Assembly: GCA_035368605.1 (NCBI GenBank)
Contig: DAOSLF010000003.1
Coordinates: 889 to 64,888 of the forward strand
DNA: 64,000 nt
Origin: Candidatus Omnitrophota bacterium
GTDB taxonomy: Bacteria; Omnitrophota; Omnitrophia; Omnitrophales; Aquincolibacteriaceae
Direction: 5' to 3'
Part shown: positions 1-10,347 of the stretch, piece by piece
How the letters are laid out: each line of letters opens with the position of its first letter
Position numbering within the stretch: the stretch's first letter is position 1
The notes under the pieces: generated by a model
What the model saw: the letters and a program-made list of their open reading frames with translations, nothing else
What the model was told of the DNA's origin: nothing
Database searches by the model: none
Program-made: the position numbers and the translations under genes

Positions 1-3000
1 AATGTGAAGCGCCGGCGCCCGTCTCGGCACGGACAAGTTCTCCGGCCGCGTTATAAGTCATCGTGTAATCCCCGACTTTACATTGAAACCCGAGGAACCC
101 GCCCTCCTCATCCTGCACAATTTCACGCGACGTCCCTTGAGGCAGAGACTGTTCAAACAGCGAACCCTCCGCGAGCCGTCCCCGGACCGGAACGTAATCT
201 TCAATTTCAAGAATCAATCCGTTCGAAAACTGGATCTGCCCGGCTTTGATTCGCTGATCTTCATCAAACACAAGATTGACCGCCGTGGCGCCCGAGGCGA
301 GATGAACTTCGGATCCCTGATCCCCCTCAAAAATGATCCAGGAACCGTCCGGGGCCTGATACCCCTTCAGACTGACAGCCCGAAGACCTGTTTCCGCATA
401 GGCTGCATTCTTATAGTCGCCGGGGTCGGGAACCGCTCCGTCAGGAAGCGTTTGGAAATAATCGGAATATTCATAAAGGTAACCATCCCGGGTAAGATGC
501 TTGATCAGTTTGCCGTCGGCGTCATAAAACCATACCGTCCCGCGTTCATCCGTGATCCGGGTCTCTTCACCTTCATAAGAATACCGGGTGCTGTTCAAAA
601 CACGGTTCCGGTAGGTCAATTCCGCTCCGATGATCTCCTCATCGGAATAAAGGTAGTGAGTCACGATCCCGTTCGGGTCTGCCGAGGTTAAAAGTTTTCC
701 GCCCCTGAACCGGCGGACTTCCCCGCTCACAGGATCCGTGAAAACGGTGATCTCGTTTCCTTCGCTGTCAAACTCATAGGAAAGATCATATTGCCTTCCA
801 TCCGGCTGGATAATCCTCCGGAGCGCGCCGTAGCTGTAACTGACCGCCGGGGACCCGTCCGGGGAAGTATGATCCGGGCCGCCGATACTGATCTCGGCCG
901 AGTTCTCGGAAAATTCATATTCGTTGACGATCCCGTTCGGAAGCGTCACGCGGGTCACCTCGCTTCCGTTCAGTTCAACCCGGGTTCCGTCAAATCTCCG
1001 GAAGGTCACAAGCCGGTTCGCCCCGGCAGTCGTGTCCGTGTGAATCATCCGCGTGGGAATATCCAGATAAGGCAGGAGCCCCGGAAAAGTGAGCGGTGTT
1101 CCGGCGGCAATGGTCGCGCCGACCGAAGAAAGGTTCTCGGCCTCGATCTTGAGATTCCTGATCCGGGAAGCCCGAATACCCGCCTGCTCCTCCCAGAGAG
1201 GCTCTTCAAAAGTTTTCAGGCTCATGTAGGAAACATCCTTGAAATAGACGCATCCTTCCTTTCCCACGCCGTCGCTTTCCTTCACAAGTTCGAGAGTGAT
1301 CTCGCCTTCCAATCCGGCTTTGCCCGCCATGGGGAACCAGAAGGTCCGGTATTCCGGCACCAGGTTTTTCATGCTGAACGCATATAAAGTGTTGTAGCCC
1401 GTTCCTTTTATCTTGAACGTAAAATCCTGGTTCCATGTCATGGAGGGATCCTGCATGAGGGTGACCGACAAAAATCCGTAATCGGAGATCTCGAACGGAG
1501 AGTTTTGATGATTAAAAACCATCCCGAGGACGTGGCTTGTGCTCGTGCTTTGATATTGAAACATAAAATACGCCTGGGAGTCATAGCCGATATCGGCCCG
1601 CCGGGCATAGATCATTTCGCCCTGGGGGTGATCGGGATAACTGAACTCCCCGACGATCGACCCCGGGATCGCGATCACATTCAGCGTTCTTGATATAAGC
1701 TGCGCCCGTTCAGCGGCCCTCTCGGGAAGCATGAGATATTCGAAAAGAGGCATGGAAACGGGCTCGCCTTCCCGCGTAAATTCCGCGTCAACCCCGACAA
1801 CGCGGCCGGCCGCGTCGTAACGATAAACAAGATCCGTGCGGCCATTCCGGAGGGTCTCGACCGCCGTGATCTCGGTCCCCCGGTAATAAAGCCATATGCC
1901 CTCGCCGACACTCACCCGGTTACCCGCGAATTCATCAATATCCATCTCCCTTCCGTCGTTCAGAACCGCATGGGCCCGGATCAGGTTGCCGTCGTCTCCG
2001 AACTCAATCCCCGTAAGAATGGCCTGAGGGGTCGTGATCGAAATGATCCGGCCTCCTTCCATCTGAACCGTGTTCCCGTCCTGAATCATCGTCCGGAGCG
2101 TCCCGTCGGTATTGAAAATCCTCCGGCGGTCATTGTCCTGGATATTGAAGGAATGGATCGTTCCCCGGAGGTCCTGATCGTAGTAAAAACGACCCGTTTC
2201 CAGCTTCCCCCGCGCGAGATCAATGATGAAACTCGCAATCCCTTTTTCATAGAGCACCGTCCGGCCGTTACGAAAAACCCACTTTGAAAGAAGCCCGTTT
2301 TCAAAATACTGAATACTGCCGTCCGCCCGCCGGAGAATGCCGCTTACAAGTTTCCCGGACGAATCGATCGTAAAATTCTCGAGAATTTCCTCGGCATCGC
2401 GAACCCCTCCGCCGAAAGCCTCCGTGACGATCCCGTTCCGGATCAATGTCCTTATCTCCTGTTCGCTTTTACCGAGCATCATCGCCCAGTCCAGCCGGTT
2501 CGTTGTCCGGACCTTGAAGCCGGAAAGCGGTCCGATATAAATTTCTCCGGCAACAGGCTCCCCGTTCGCCGACTGAATGACCGTCGTTATCATCTCCGCC
2601 CTGCCGTCAAGCGGCCGCACCACCGGGATCGTGATGAACTGCCATCCCTGTTTTAGCGGTTCGGTCAGAAAAATATTCCCGGTCCCCTTGAATTCGAACT
2701 TCAGTCGTATGTTTTCCGGCGTGCCGTCACCGACGCGGACGGGAACCGAAAGAAAATCAAAGCGGTCCAGGTCCAGGGGCGCGGCGCTGTACTTGTTCCA
2801 AAGCCCCACAGGATGCTCCGCGTCCAGGAACTGGAACGCTATCTGGCGGACTTCCCCCAATAACGGATCGCGGATCAGTTCGCTTGCCGCGTAACCATGC
2901 AGAGGCGTATAAAAAGCTCCCTGGGAATCCGCCCTGTTGTAAACATCGAGCTCAAAACCTCCCATGAGGGCCCGGCCGAGATCGGTATGCCCCGTCAACA

Positions 3001-6000
3001 AAAGATATTCCTGGATATCCATTTCCCTGAAACTGCCGCCCTCTCCGAACTCGATCGCGCTGTGGTGGAAAGTTCCGTCCGGCTGGCGATAATTGAACAC
3101 ACGACCTTCGCCGAATCTGGAATCAAAAACGTTCGGAATAAAGCTCGGCTGTTTCACAAGGCCGGACATCTTTCCGTCGGGCATAACGCTTCCGCCGTCA
3201 TAAAGCACTTCGACGTTTTCGCCGAACGGGGGCATGGGGAGCGCGGAATCCGTCGCGGGGTTCAGATTCAACAGGAACGATCCGTAGAGGTTGTCGAAAC
3301 GCTCCGCGACACCCCGGTCCATCAGATAGCTCCGCAAATAACCCCGGCTCGTCGTGAGAAGCGAAAGAATGAATGATGCCTGGTCCACACCGAAATACTG
3401 CGACGAAAAAACAGGCTCTTCGGTCGGCAAGATCTCCCCCGTGACGGGATCCGTATGAAGAACGGTTCTTATCGAAAGAGCGTCCACAAAACCCGCTTCC
3501 GTCACGATCTCCGGAAAACTCGTTTCCAGATTCTTGAGAAACTGAAGCGTGTAATGCGGGGCCAGGCCAAAGGCCGAGGCTGTCCCGTAAATTGACCCGA
3601 TATCGCTATGGCGGACATCATCCGCTTCGGCGGCCGCGGGAAGACCGATTTTGCCTTCGTATCCGTACCCGGGATTATCGCCCGCCGACAAAAGGCCGGG
3701 ATTCCCGGTCCCGAAAGCGTATTCGGCCTGCACGTAAAGAAAATTCCGGAGCGCGACATTGAATTCGGGATACCGGGTTTCATCCACGTGGATCAGCGGC
3801 CAGAACATCTGGAAGGTCCCTCCGTCAAACGGCGCCGCGAGTTCGATTGCCCGGCCTTCTTCCGTCAAGTAACGCCGGATTGTGACATCCAGTCCGTCAA
3901 ACGCAGGTTGATACTCGGGGTAATTCGCCGCGAGCCAAACCATGCCCGGGCGAAATTCGTTGAACAGGCGGTCTATATAATAATTGTTAACAAACTCCCA
4001 TTGCCCGGTCTGCGGATTAAGTCCGTAAGCACCCCGGAAACGTTTTTTCACGGAATCATAAAAAGCCGCGTATCCCGCTTCCTGGGCTGTCAGGATCGCG
4101 TTAGCCCGTGCGACAATACTTTCCCGCAGAACCGTCATATCGGGCTCAAGAGAAAGATTTTTTACGGCCCCGAGCACACTCGAAAGGCTGACGGCAAGGT
4201 TCAGCGTGTCTCCAAAACCGTATTGATCGGAAAGGTTTTCGTAACGGTAAGTCTTTATGACCTCCCCGGTTGGCTCCCCGGATTCATCAAGGACCGGCTG
4301 CTCATTTTCAATGATCCTGAAAAAAGCGACCATACCGTTCCATCCCGCCTGACGCTGGACTTCCTGATAGACCGCCAGCAAGGCTTCCAGTTTTTCGAAA
4401 GCCTGTTTCCTTGAAACAAGCGGCGTTTCAAAATCACCGGCCGCGATCGCGGCAAGGATCTCGGCCCAGAAACCCACAAGCGTAGCCTGGCTGTAATCCG
4501 ACTGTTGATCTTCCGCGAGCAGGTAATTATCGAGAGGAAGTCCGGTGCCCGCGTGGAGCCCTTTGCCTTCCGAAAAAAATCCGAGCTGTTTTTCGACCAG
4601 ATACCGCCGGTAAGCGGCTTCGGCGGCCGTCAGAGCCTCCGGAGGGGACGCGGGACCGGGCTCTTGAAATTCGATCGCGTCCGAAAATTCGAGAAAACGA
4701 CCGGACGCGGTAATTTGTTTGACGATCTCATTGTTTTCGATCAGGCATTGGGTCCCGTCACGAAAAAGGATCTCGCCGCTGAAAATATACCCATTCTCAT
4801 CAACCGTCAGTGAACGCAGGCTCGCGTTGGGAAGTTCGATCACGGAAACAAAGTGCTTCCCGGGAAGAAGCTCGGGAACCTCATAGGGCTCGATCCGGAC
4901 CTGTCTGGATTGAACATAACGGACCGGGCGGCCCTGCTCGAATTCGATCCGTCCCCCGCCCGGGAGATCGATCTTTACAAGTTCGGTCAGCCTTTCAGTC
5001 AATCCTTCGCCGTTCGGATAGCGGATCACCCGATAGGTCATTCCGTCTTCCGTGATGAGGCTCTCGGGTTCCCGGCTGTTCCGATAATCGATGAAGATCG
5101 TCCGGACACCATCCGCCCCGATCCGTTCGATCACTTTGGAGTTTCGATAGATCTCTACCTGCCCGTCCGCGGATGTCCTCCTGAAACCCGTCAGGCTGGT
5201 CCCGTTCCAGACAAGCTCCGTTAAAACAGTTCCGTCCGAGAGCACGATACGGTCAAGCGAACTTTCGTCGATACGAAGAAGCGTCCCGTCGCTTAGCCGC
5301 AGGCCCTCCAGCGCGCCCTCCGCGTTATAGATCTGAACCACACCGCTTCCGTCATCCCAGGAAATCGAAAGAAGGTCGCCGTTTTGAGATATCTGATTCC
5401 CGATCGAAACAACCCGGTGATCCGGCCCCGTCAAGGCGACGGGCAGGCCATCCGCAAGCCGCAGAATCTCTCCTTTTCCTGAAACCGTCTGCCGGATATT
5501 TCCCGTCGCGTCGTATTCGATCCGTTCGAGAAGATCATTCTGCAGGGTCTCCCAGGCTTCAGGGAACGCGTCCTTGTTTTGGAGGAAAAGGCCGGGATCT
5601 ATTTCGGTCGAAAAACCCGCCGGCCTGACGGCAATAATCTTCGATAAATAACCCGTAAGATCATGCCCTTCCCGGCTGATACTTGTTTCATAGCGGAAAA
5701 AATCACCGTTCGCATTCCTGTAACCTTTGAGAAATCCGTCTTCATAATAGACCTGGGTCCCATCCGAACGTTTGATCCAGAGCGGTTTTCCCTGATCGTC
5801 ATAGCGGGCGGTGAGGTTCTCTTCAAAACTCAAAATCCCGGTCACGGAGCCTCCATCACCCGACCGGTAGGCGAAATCCGTTCTTTTTGAATCGGAGCCG
5901 AGAACATAGGCCACGGTCCCGTCCTCGTGGTAGATCAACTTCTCCCCCGACGGTTTCTCCAGGCAAACCGGCTTCCCGCCCTGATAAAGCATCCGGTCAC

Positions 6001-8260
6001 CGTTCTGAAAAACAAGAAGCCCTCCCGCGAGATTGTTCCCGGAATCAAATTCCGGAAGGTAAAGCGTATAAACCGAAGGCTGTTCGACCGCCGTCAGCAT
6101 ATCCCCGGCATACTTCAGCACCATGCCGTTTTGCGTGGTTAAGGTTATCGGGTCCGTGCCCAAAACGGGCACTCCGGGCACTTCGGGAACTTCGGGGGCA
6201 TTTTTCCGGAGCATCACTTCATGAGCCAGATAGGTCGAACCGCTTCCCCGGCTGCCGCTGATCAAAAGCTCGTTGAGACCCGGCCGGAGTCTCCAGGTCT
6301 CATTATGAAGCTCTCCGTCCACCGTGTAAGTCAGCGTATAGAATTCCTGATCCGTCAAAGACGGAGACGTCACGACCACAACGGGCAACACCGGGGCCGT
6401 CGTGTAAAAAATACTGTCGGAAAAAACCGTTCTGTTACCGGCCCGGTCCTCGACCTCGCACAAAACCGTTTTTAATCCGTCTCCTCCTTCCCCGGGGATC
6501 TCAACAACCTTGTTCGCTCCGTAAGTCTCCCAATCCGTCCAGCTGGACCCGTCATCCAGTGAAAACCTGACGCTGGCAACCGGGGAAAGATCGTCCTGCG
6601 CCTCGATAAAAAGAGCCAGGGCCCTCGAATCCGTCTCGGCGTCCCCCCTGTTGATCCGTAAACTCCCCCACGGCGGCACCGTATCCAGAAAAATCGTCAC
6701 GGTCTTCGTCGAAGTGCGTCCGAAAATATCGGTCGCGGAAAGAACCACCGTGTTCTCACCTTCCTGCAGGGAATAGCTCCGGGTCCGATCCTTGCCGTCC
6801 ACGGTGTAACGAAGTTCGCAGGAGCTTTCCCGGGTGTAAACCGGCTGTTCGGGTATTTCGATCTCGGGCGGAGTCGTATCAAGGACCCGGCGGCCGTCAT
6901 TGTAAAATTCTTCGACGGAACCTTCTTCGTAAAGGACCTGATAACCGGTGACGGCTTGTCCGTCCGTGATATTCCGGATAATGCTTTTGGCGGGTATCGT
7001 GCTCGCGCGGTCGAGCGCGGCTGTCAGCGATTCGGGGAGAAATGCGCCGCGGCCATAAGACTCGGAGGTCGCCCGGATACTGTAATTCCCGGTCCCGGCG
7101 TTCACGAATACCGGATCGGCCTTCAGATTTCCGGCTGTCTGCGCCGCGGCCGCGGGAGGCGTAGCGCTGCCATAAGCGGTACTCCGTTCCGTATTCTTCC
7201 AAAAGGTATTGTTCTCCACCACGGCATATCCGCGGCCTGGCTGACCGGCGGAGTGGGCGGCCCAGGAGAACTCATAGATCGATGAAAATGTGCTTCCCGT
7301 GAAAATATTATTACAGATCCGGCTCTTCGCTCCGGAAAGGACGTTTATGGCGATATCGTTCGCCACGAAGGTGTTGTACCTGATCACGGTCGTGTCCTTC
7401 GGGAGCTGGACTCCGACATGCGTCATCGAAAAATAATTCATTTCGATCAGCGTATCGGAACCGTTCCGGACATGAATGCCGTAATCCTTGTTAGCCACGA
7501 TCCGGTTATGGCGGATCACAACCCTGTCTCCTTCAACGCGGATCGCAGCGGAAGGAGTCCCCGCGTAAGGGCCGATCCCCGAGATTGTCAGTCCTTCAAT
7601 CCGGTTATTCCCCATCGCGCGAATCCCCTGGATTCCCGTTTCATAATCACCGTGAAGGATCGTCGTATCTGCATTCTCCCCCTGCAAATTCACCCCGGCT
7701 TTCAGAATCAGCCCTTGGGGACACCCAAAGGCGTCGCGTTCGTAATGATAAGTGCCGGAATGGATGAAAAGGGTCGTCCCGGCTTCGGCGTTATCGATCG
7801 CGGACTGGATCGATTGTCCTTCATAGACATGACGGAACATTCTGCCATCCGGAAGTTTTTCCGTTACGATCCGTCCGGATTCATCATAAATATTCTGGTC
7901 CGTTCCCGGACTTTCGGAAAGCGGACCGGCGTTATTAGCGAGGAACTGCGTGGTGGCATCCGCAAGAACCGGTTCATCCGGTGCCGTTGATGAAACATTT
8001 GCCGCCGCGACAACCGGTCGGACCGCGGTGAGATCATAGTCCTGCGACGGAAGACCATCGCACCAGACCGTCTGGTGCCAAACAAGACAGAATACCAGGC
8101 AAAGCGCCACCACTCTGATGGACAGCCGATGCGAGCAGCGGCAGAAACGCTTCGCGAACGCAGGAAGTGGCAAGACTCCCGAAAGAGAAGCCTCCGCTTG
8201 AACCCGCGGCAAGATCATCACATCCCGATCACTTTGGCGTTCGTCGGATATTTTCTTCAT
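1..8260 (-). CDS. giant secreted/membrane-anchored multidomain protein, partial (C-terminal end lies beyond window start); beta-helix + glucoamylase-like region + YD/RHS-type repeats
   Basis: My manual translation of the reverse strand from the ATG at 8260 finds no stop down to position 1. The ORF track shows only short overlapping plus-strand ORFs here, which is typical of the antisense of a long high-GC gene. N-terminus is MKKISDERQ... followed by a hydrophobic stretch VVALCLVFCLVWHQTVW (signal-anchor). An NNRIEGLTISG... segment resembles parallel beta-helix repeats. A central region (GFWAEILAAIAAGDFE...FQMFWPLIHVDE...) resembles glucoamylase-like alpha/alpha domains. The C-terminal portion within the window carries YD-type repeats (YRYDAAGRVVGVD, FYDADGKLIKHLTRDGYLYEYSDY, HYLYSDEEIIGAE). 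The start codon could alternatively be the second in-frame M. Confidence 0.6.
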   Translation of the reverse strand, partial: MKKISDERQSDRDVMILPRVQAEASLSGVLPLPAFAKRFCRCSHRLSIRVVALCLVFCLVWHQTVWCDGLPSQDYDLTAVRPVVAAANVSSTAPDEPVLADATTQFLANNAGPLSESPGTDQNIYDESGRIVTEKLPDGRMFRHVYEGQSIQSAIDNAEAGTTLFIHSGTYHYERDAFGCPQGLILKAGVNLQGENADTTILHGDYETGIQGIRAMGNNRIEGLTISGIGPYAGTPSAAIRVEGDRVVIRHNRIVANKDYGIHVRNGSDTLIEMNYFSMTHVGVQLPKDTTVIRYNTFVANDIAINVLSGAKSRICNNIFTGSTFSSIYEFSWAAHSAGQPGRGYAVVENNTFWKNTERSTAYGSATPPAAAAQTAGNLKADPVFVNAGTGNYSIRATSESYGRGAFLPESLTAALDRASTIPAKSIIRNITDGQAVTGYQVLYEEGSVEEFYNDGRRVLDTTPPEIEIPEQPVYTRESSCELRYTVDGKDRTRSYSLQEGENTVVLSATDIFGRTSTKTVTIFLDTVPPWGSLRINRGDAETDSRALALFIEAQDDLSPVASVRFSLDDGSSWTDWETYGANKVVEIPGEGGDGLKTVLCEVEDRAGNRTVFSDSIFYTTAPVLPVVVVTSPSLTDQEFYTLTYTVDGELHNETWRLRPGLNELLISGSRGSGSTYLAHEVMLRKNAPEVPEVPGVPVLGTDPITLTTQNGMVLKYAGDMLTAVEQPSVYTLYLPEFDSGNNLAGGLLVFQNGDRMLYQGGKPVCLEKPSGEKLIYHEDGTVAYVLGSDSKRTDFAYRSGDGGSVTGILSFEENLTARYDDQGKPLWIKRSDGTQVYYEDGFLKGYRNANGDFFRYETSISREGHDLTGYLSKIIAVRPAGFSTEIDPGLFLQNKDAFPEAWETLQNDLLERIEYDATGNIRQTVSGKGEILRLADGLPVALTGPDHRVVSIGNQISQNGDLLSISWDDGSGVVQIYNAEGALEGLRLSDGTLLRIDESSLDRIVLSDGTVLTELVWNGTSLTGFRRTSADGQVEIYRNSKVIERIGADGVRTIFIDYRNSREPESLITEDGMTYRVIRYPNGEGLTERLTELVKIDLPGGGRIEFEQGRPVRYVQSRQVRIEPYEVPELLPGKHFVSVIELPNASLRSLTVDENGYIFSGEILFRDGTQCLIENNEIVKQITASGRFLEFSDAIEFQEPGPASPPEALTAAEAAYRRYLVEKQLGFFSEGKGLHAGTGLPLDNYLLAEDQQSDYSQATLVGFWAEILAAIAAGDFETPLVSRKQAFEKLEALLAVYQEVQRQAGWNGMVAFFRIIENEQPVLDESGEPTGEVIKTYRYENLSDQYGFGDTLNLAVSLSSVLGAVKNLSLEPDMTVLRESIVARANAILTAQEAGYAAFYDSVKKRFRGAYGLNPQTGQWEFVNNYYIDRLFNEFRPGMVWLAANYPEYQPAFDGLDVTIRRYLTEEGRAIELAAPFDGGTFQMFWPLIHVDETRYPEFNVALRNFLYVQAEYAFGTGNPGLLSAGDNPGYGYEGKIGLPAAAEADDVRHSDIGSIYGTASAFGLAPHYTLQFLKNLETSFPEIVTEAGFVDALSIRTVLHTDPVTGEILPTEEPVFSSQYFGVDQASFILSLLTTSRGYLRSYLMDRGVAERFDNLYGSFLLNLNPATDSALPMPPFGENVEVLYDGGSVMPDGKMSGLVKQPSFIPNVFDSRFGEGRVFNYRQPDGTFHHSAIEFGEGGSFREMDIQEYLLLTGHTDLGRALMGGFELDVYNRADSQGAFYTPLHGYAASELIRDPLLGEVRQIAFQFLDAEHPVGLWNKYSAAPLDLDRFDFLSVPVRVGDGTPENIRLKFEFKGTGNIFLTEPLKQGWQFITIPVVRPLDGRAEMITTVIQSANGEPVAGEIYIGPLSGFKVRTTNRLDWAMMLGKSEQEIRTLIRNGIVTEAFGGGVRDAEEILENFTIDSSGKLVSGILRRADGSIQYFENGLLSKWVFRNGRTVLYEKGIASFIIDLARGKLETGRFYYDQDLRGTIHSFNIQDNDRRRIFNTDGTLRTMIQDGNTVQMEGGRIISITTPQAILTGIEFGDDGNLIRAHAVLNDGREMDIDEFAGNRVSVGEGIWLYYRGTEITAVETLRNGRTDLVYRYDAAGRVVGVDAEFTREGEPVSMPLFEYLMLPERAAERAQLISRTLNVIAIPGSIVGEFSYPDHPQGEMIYARRADIGYDSQAYFMFQYQSTSTSHVLGMVFNHQNSPFEISDYGFLSVTLMQDPSMTWNQDFTFKIKGTGYNTLYAFSMKNLVPEYRTFWFPMAGKAGLEGEITLELVKESDGVGKEGCVYFKDVSYMSLKTFEEPLWEEQAGIRASRIRNLKIEAENLSSVGATIAAGTPLTFPGLLPYLDIPTRMIHTDTTAGANRLVTFRRFDGTRVELNGSEVTRVTLPNGIVNEYEFSENSAEISIGGPDHTSPDGSPAVSYSYGALRRIIQPDGRQYDLSYEFDSEGNEITVFTDPVSGEVRRFRGGKLLTSADPNGIVTHYLYSDEEIIGAELTYRNRVLNSTRYSYEGEETRITDERGTVWFYDADGKLIKHLTRDGYLYEYSDYFQTLPDGAVPDPGDYKNAAYAETGLRAVSLKGYQAPDGSWIIFEGDQGSEVHLASGATAVNLVFDEDQRIKAGQIQFSNGLILEIEDYVPVRGRLAEGSLFEQSLPQGTSREIVQDEEGGFLGFQCKVGDYTMTYNAAGELVRAETGAGASH

Positions 8261-8856
8261 CGATCAGAAAGATATCCGCGCGAAAGATCAAAGTACACGG
8301 ATTTAAAGCTTAAATTTTTTGGTTCTATCTCATAAGACGATTCATATCGCTTATAAATAGATTTTTGGGGCCGGGCAGCAAAAACCGCTAAAAAAGGATC
8401 AGGGATGGAACGGCGAGAAAGGCAATGCTAGAAGCTGAACTTTCCTGCGCAATGTTTTTCTTCGAGGATATCAAATATCTCGTTGATGTAGCCCTGGATG
8501 TGGACAGGCGGCTGATTATCGAAGAGGAGGGACAGGTTCAGGAGGAAACGGCGGACTTCCGTGGCGAGCTTCTGGTCTTTGATCCTGGAAAGCCTTGTTT
8601 CCAATTCTTCCATCAACATTTGCTACTATCTCCCGTTTTCTTCAGGGAATATAACTCATTTTATGATAATTTGCAAGTCAATAAAGTCTTCGATATAGCA
8701 TTAAATAGCTATTGATTGCTTTGTATAGTCGATAAACCAAATAATTGATTTAAATTCACTAAGGTAAAGAAGAATCCGGTTCGATAAGTAACCATGACGT
8801 TATACACTATCCGGTGCCGGTTGCAGACTCTCAAACATAAACGAGGAGCCTCTTTC
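8261..8856. promoter_or_regulatory. AT-rich (~40% GC) divergent intergenic/promoter region between giant gene and fadL-like gene
   Basis: About 600 bp of markedly lower GC than flanking DNA, with divergent gene starts on both sides. The SD GAGGAG sits 9 nt before the fadL-like ATG at 8857. Several weak -35/-10 candidates, none convincing. Confidence 0.4.
8428..8619 (-). CDS. hypothetical small (63 aa) helical protein
   Basis: ATG start preceded by GGGAGAT (SD) about 8 nt upstream. Third-position GC bias is gene-like. Translation MLMEELETRLSRIKDQKLATEVRRFLLNLSLLFDNQ... is not recognised. It lies inside the AT-rich divergent region. Confidence 0.3.
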   Translation of the reverse strand: MLMEELETRLSRIKDQKLATEVRRFLLNLSLLFDNQPPVHIQGYINEIFDILEEKHCAGKFSF

Positions 8857-10272
8857 ATGAAAAAGACCATAGCGGTCCTTGCGATTCTCAGTATCACATT
8901 TTTGTCCCCCTTTTCCGCCTGGGCCGTCGGGTCAGGAGGCCTCGAGAACGCCTCCTTCAGCGCCCAACAGCTGAGCCTTGGCGGCGCCACGACAGCGACA
9001 CCGGATGAACCGGCCGCCATCTCCTACAATCCCGCCGGCATCGTGGACCTTCCCGGCGTCCAGGTCCAGGCCAGCCAGAACTTTATCAGCATGCTGACGT
9101 TCAAGGATAATGACGTCACAGGGGACACCCGGAGCTCGGGAACGCTCGCGTATGTCCCGACCGCGTATGTCACGATCAACCCGGGAAGGGTCTTCTGTGA
9201 CCGCCTGGCTTTCGGCATCGGAAGTGACTCCCCCTTCGGGCTCATGAACAAGTACAATTCCAGTGATCCGGCGACCCATTACACGGGCTGGCGGAACTAT
9301 CTCAAGATGTTCACGCTAAAACCGACCGTCGCCTACAAGTTCACGGACAAGCTCTCGATCGGCGGCGGCCCGATGTGGTACCGGATTTACGATTTCGGAG
9401 GCATCCAGGGTTATCCGAACAACCTCATCACGATCCCCTTCCTCGGAGTCAATACAGCTGACGGACAGATCAGGATCAACACGTCCGGCAACCATTGGGG
9501 ATGGCAGCTCGGCACACTCTATAAATTCAATGAAAAACACCGTGTCGGTTACTACTTCCGCAGTCCCGTGGTCGTGAACCTGAAAGGCCGGGTCAAGGTA
9601 GAAAACTCCAACATCTCACCACTTCTCGGCGGTCTCGGCCTCCGTAATTTTGAGACCGGTGTGCATACGAAGATGAGCCTTCCGATGAGCATGACTTGGG
9701 CCTACGCGTACCAGCCGACGAAGAAAACACACTACGAAGCCGATTTCATCTGGACCCGCTGGTCCACCATGAAACGCGTCTATTTCGTGAACGACACTTC
9801 CGGAAACGCGCTGGACGATGCGATCCTGAACGCGGTCCGCAGCGCCGACAAAGACTGGCGGGACGGCTTTGGATTACAGCTCGGGGCAAGCCACAAGCTC
9901 ACGGACAGGCTGACGCTCCGCGGCGGAAGCTGGTTCTACTGGACCCCGGTCCCGAAAACCCATTTCACACCAAGTATCCCCGATGCCAATCACCTGGTGC
10001 TTTCTCTCGGTCTCGGCTACAAGCTCAGCAAATATCTTGTCGCCGACCTCGCCTATTACAACTCGTTCTATTTCAAACGCCGGATCAATAATGACATCGC
10101 CGAGAATGCCGCGCTCCTCAACTCCTCCGTGGACGGGCATTACAAGACTTATTCGCAGGGCCTTACCGTCAGCATGACGCTCAAGTGGGATGATATCTTT
10201 CCCCGCGTGACGCGCGCGGGCGACGAGGAATCCATCGGTTCGTCCATGAGCATGAACCCGGCCGCCAGATAA
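8857..10272 (+). CDS. outer-membrane transport protein, FadL/TodX (OMPP1) family
   Basis: Start chosen at the internal ATG (MKKTIAVLAILSITFLSPFSAWA, a signal peptide) with GAGGAG SD. The N-terminal hatch-like segment includes AISYNPAG (NPA-type motif), characteristic of FadL-family proteins. Alternating aromatic residues and length are consistent with a beta-barrel. Confidence 0.6.
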   Translation: MKKTIAVLAILSITFLSPFSAWAVGSGGLENASFSAQQLSLGGATTATPDEPAAISYNPAGIVDLPGVQVQASQNFISMLTFKDNDVTGDTRSSGTLAYVPTAYVTINPGRVFCDRLAFGIGSDSPFGLMNKYNSSDPATHYTGWRNYLKMFTLKPTVAYKFTDKLSIGGGPMWYRIYDFGGIQGYPNNLITIPFLGVNTADGQIRINTSGNHWGWQLGTLYKFNEKHRVGYYFRSPVVVNLKGRVKVENSNISPLLGGLGLRNFETGVHTKMSLPMSMTWAYAYQPTKKTHYEADFIWTRWSTMKRVYFVNDTSGNALDDAILNAVRSADKDWRDGFGLQLGASHKLTDRLTLRGGSWFYWTPVPKTHFTPSIPDANHLVLSLGLGYKLSKYLVADLAYYNSFYFKRRINNDIAENAALLNSSVDGHYKTYSQGLTVSMTLKWDDIFPRVTRAGDEESIGSSMSMNPAAR

Positions 10273-10284
10273 AAAGGTCCGAAA

Positions 10285-10332
10285 AACAAAAACCCGGTAC
10301 CGGCTTTGGCCGGCACCGGGTTTTTTTATTTT
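10285..10332. terminator. bidirectional rho-independent terminator between fadL-like (+) and gpsA (-)
   Basis: aaaaa-cccggtaccggc-tttg-gccggcaccggg-tttttttatttt. A 12-bp GC stem with an A-tract on one side and a T-tract on the other. Reads as a G.U wobble on the minus-strand RNA. Confidence 0.75.
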
Positions 10333-10347
10333 GGGAACGATCAGGTC

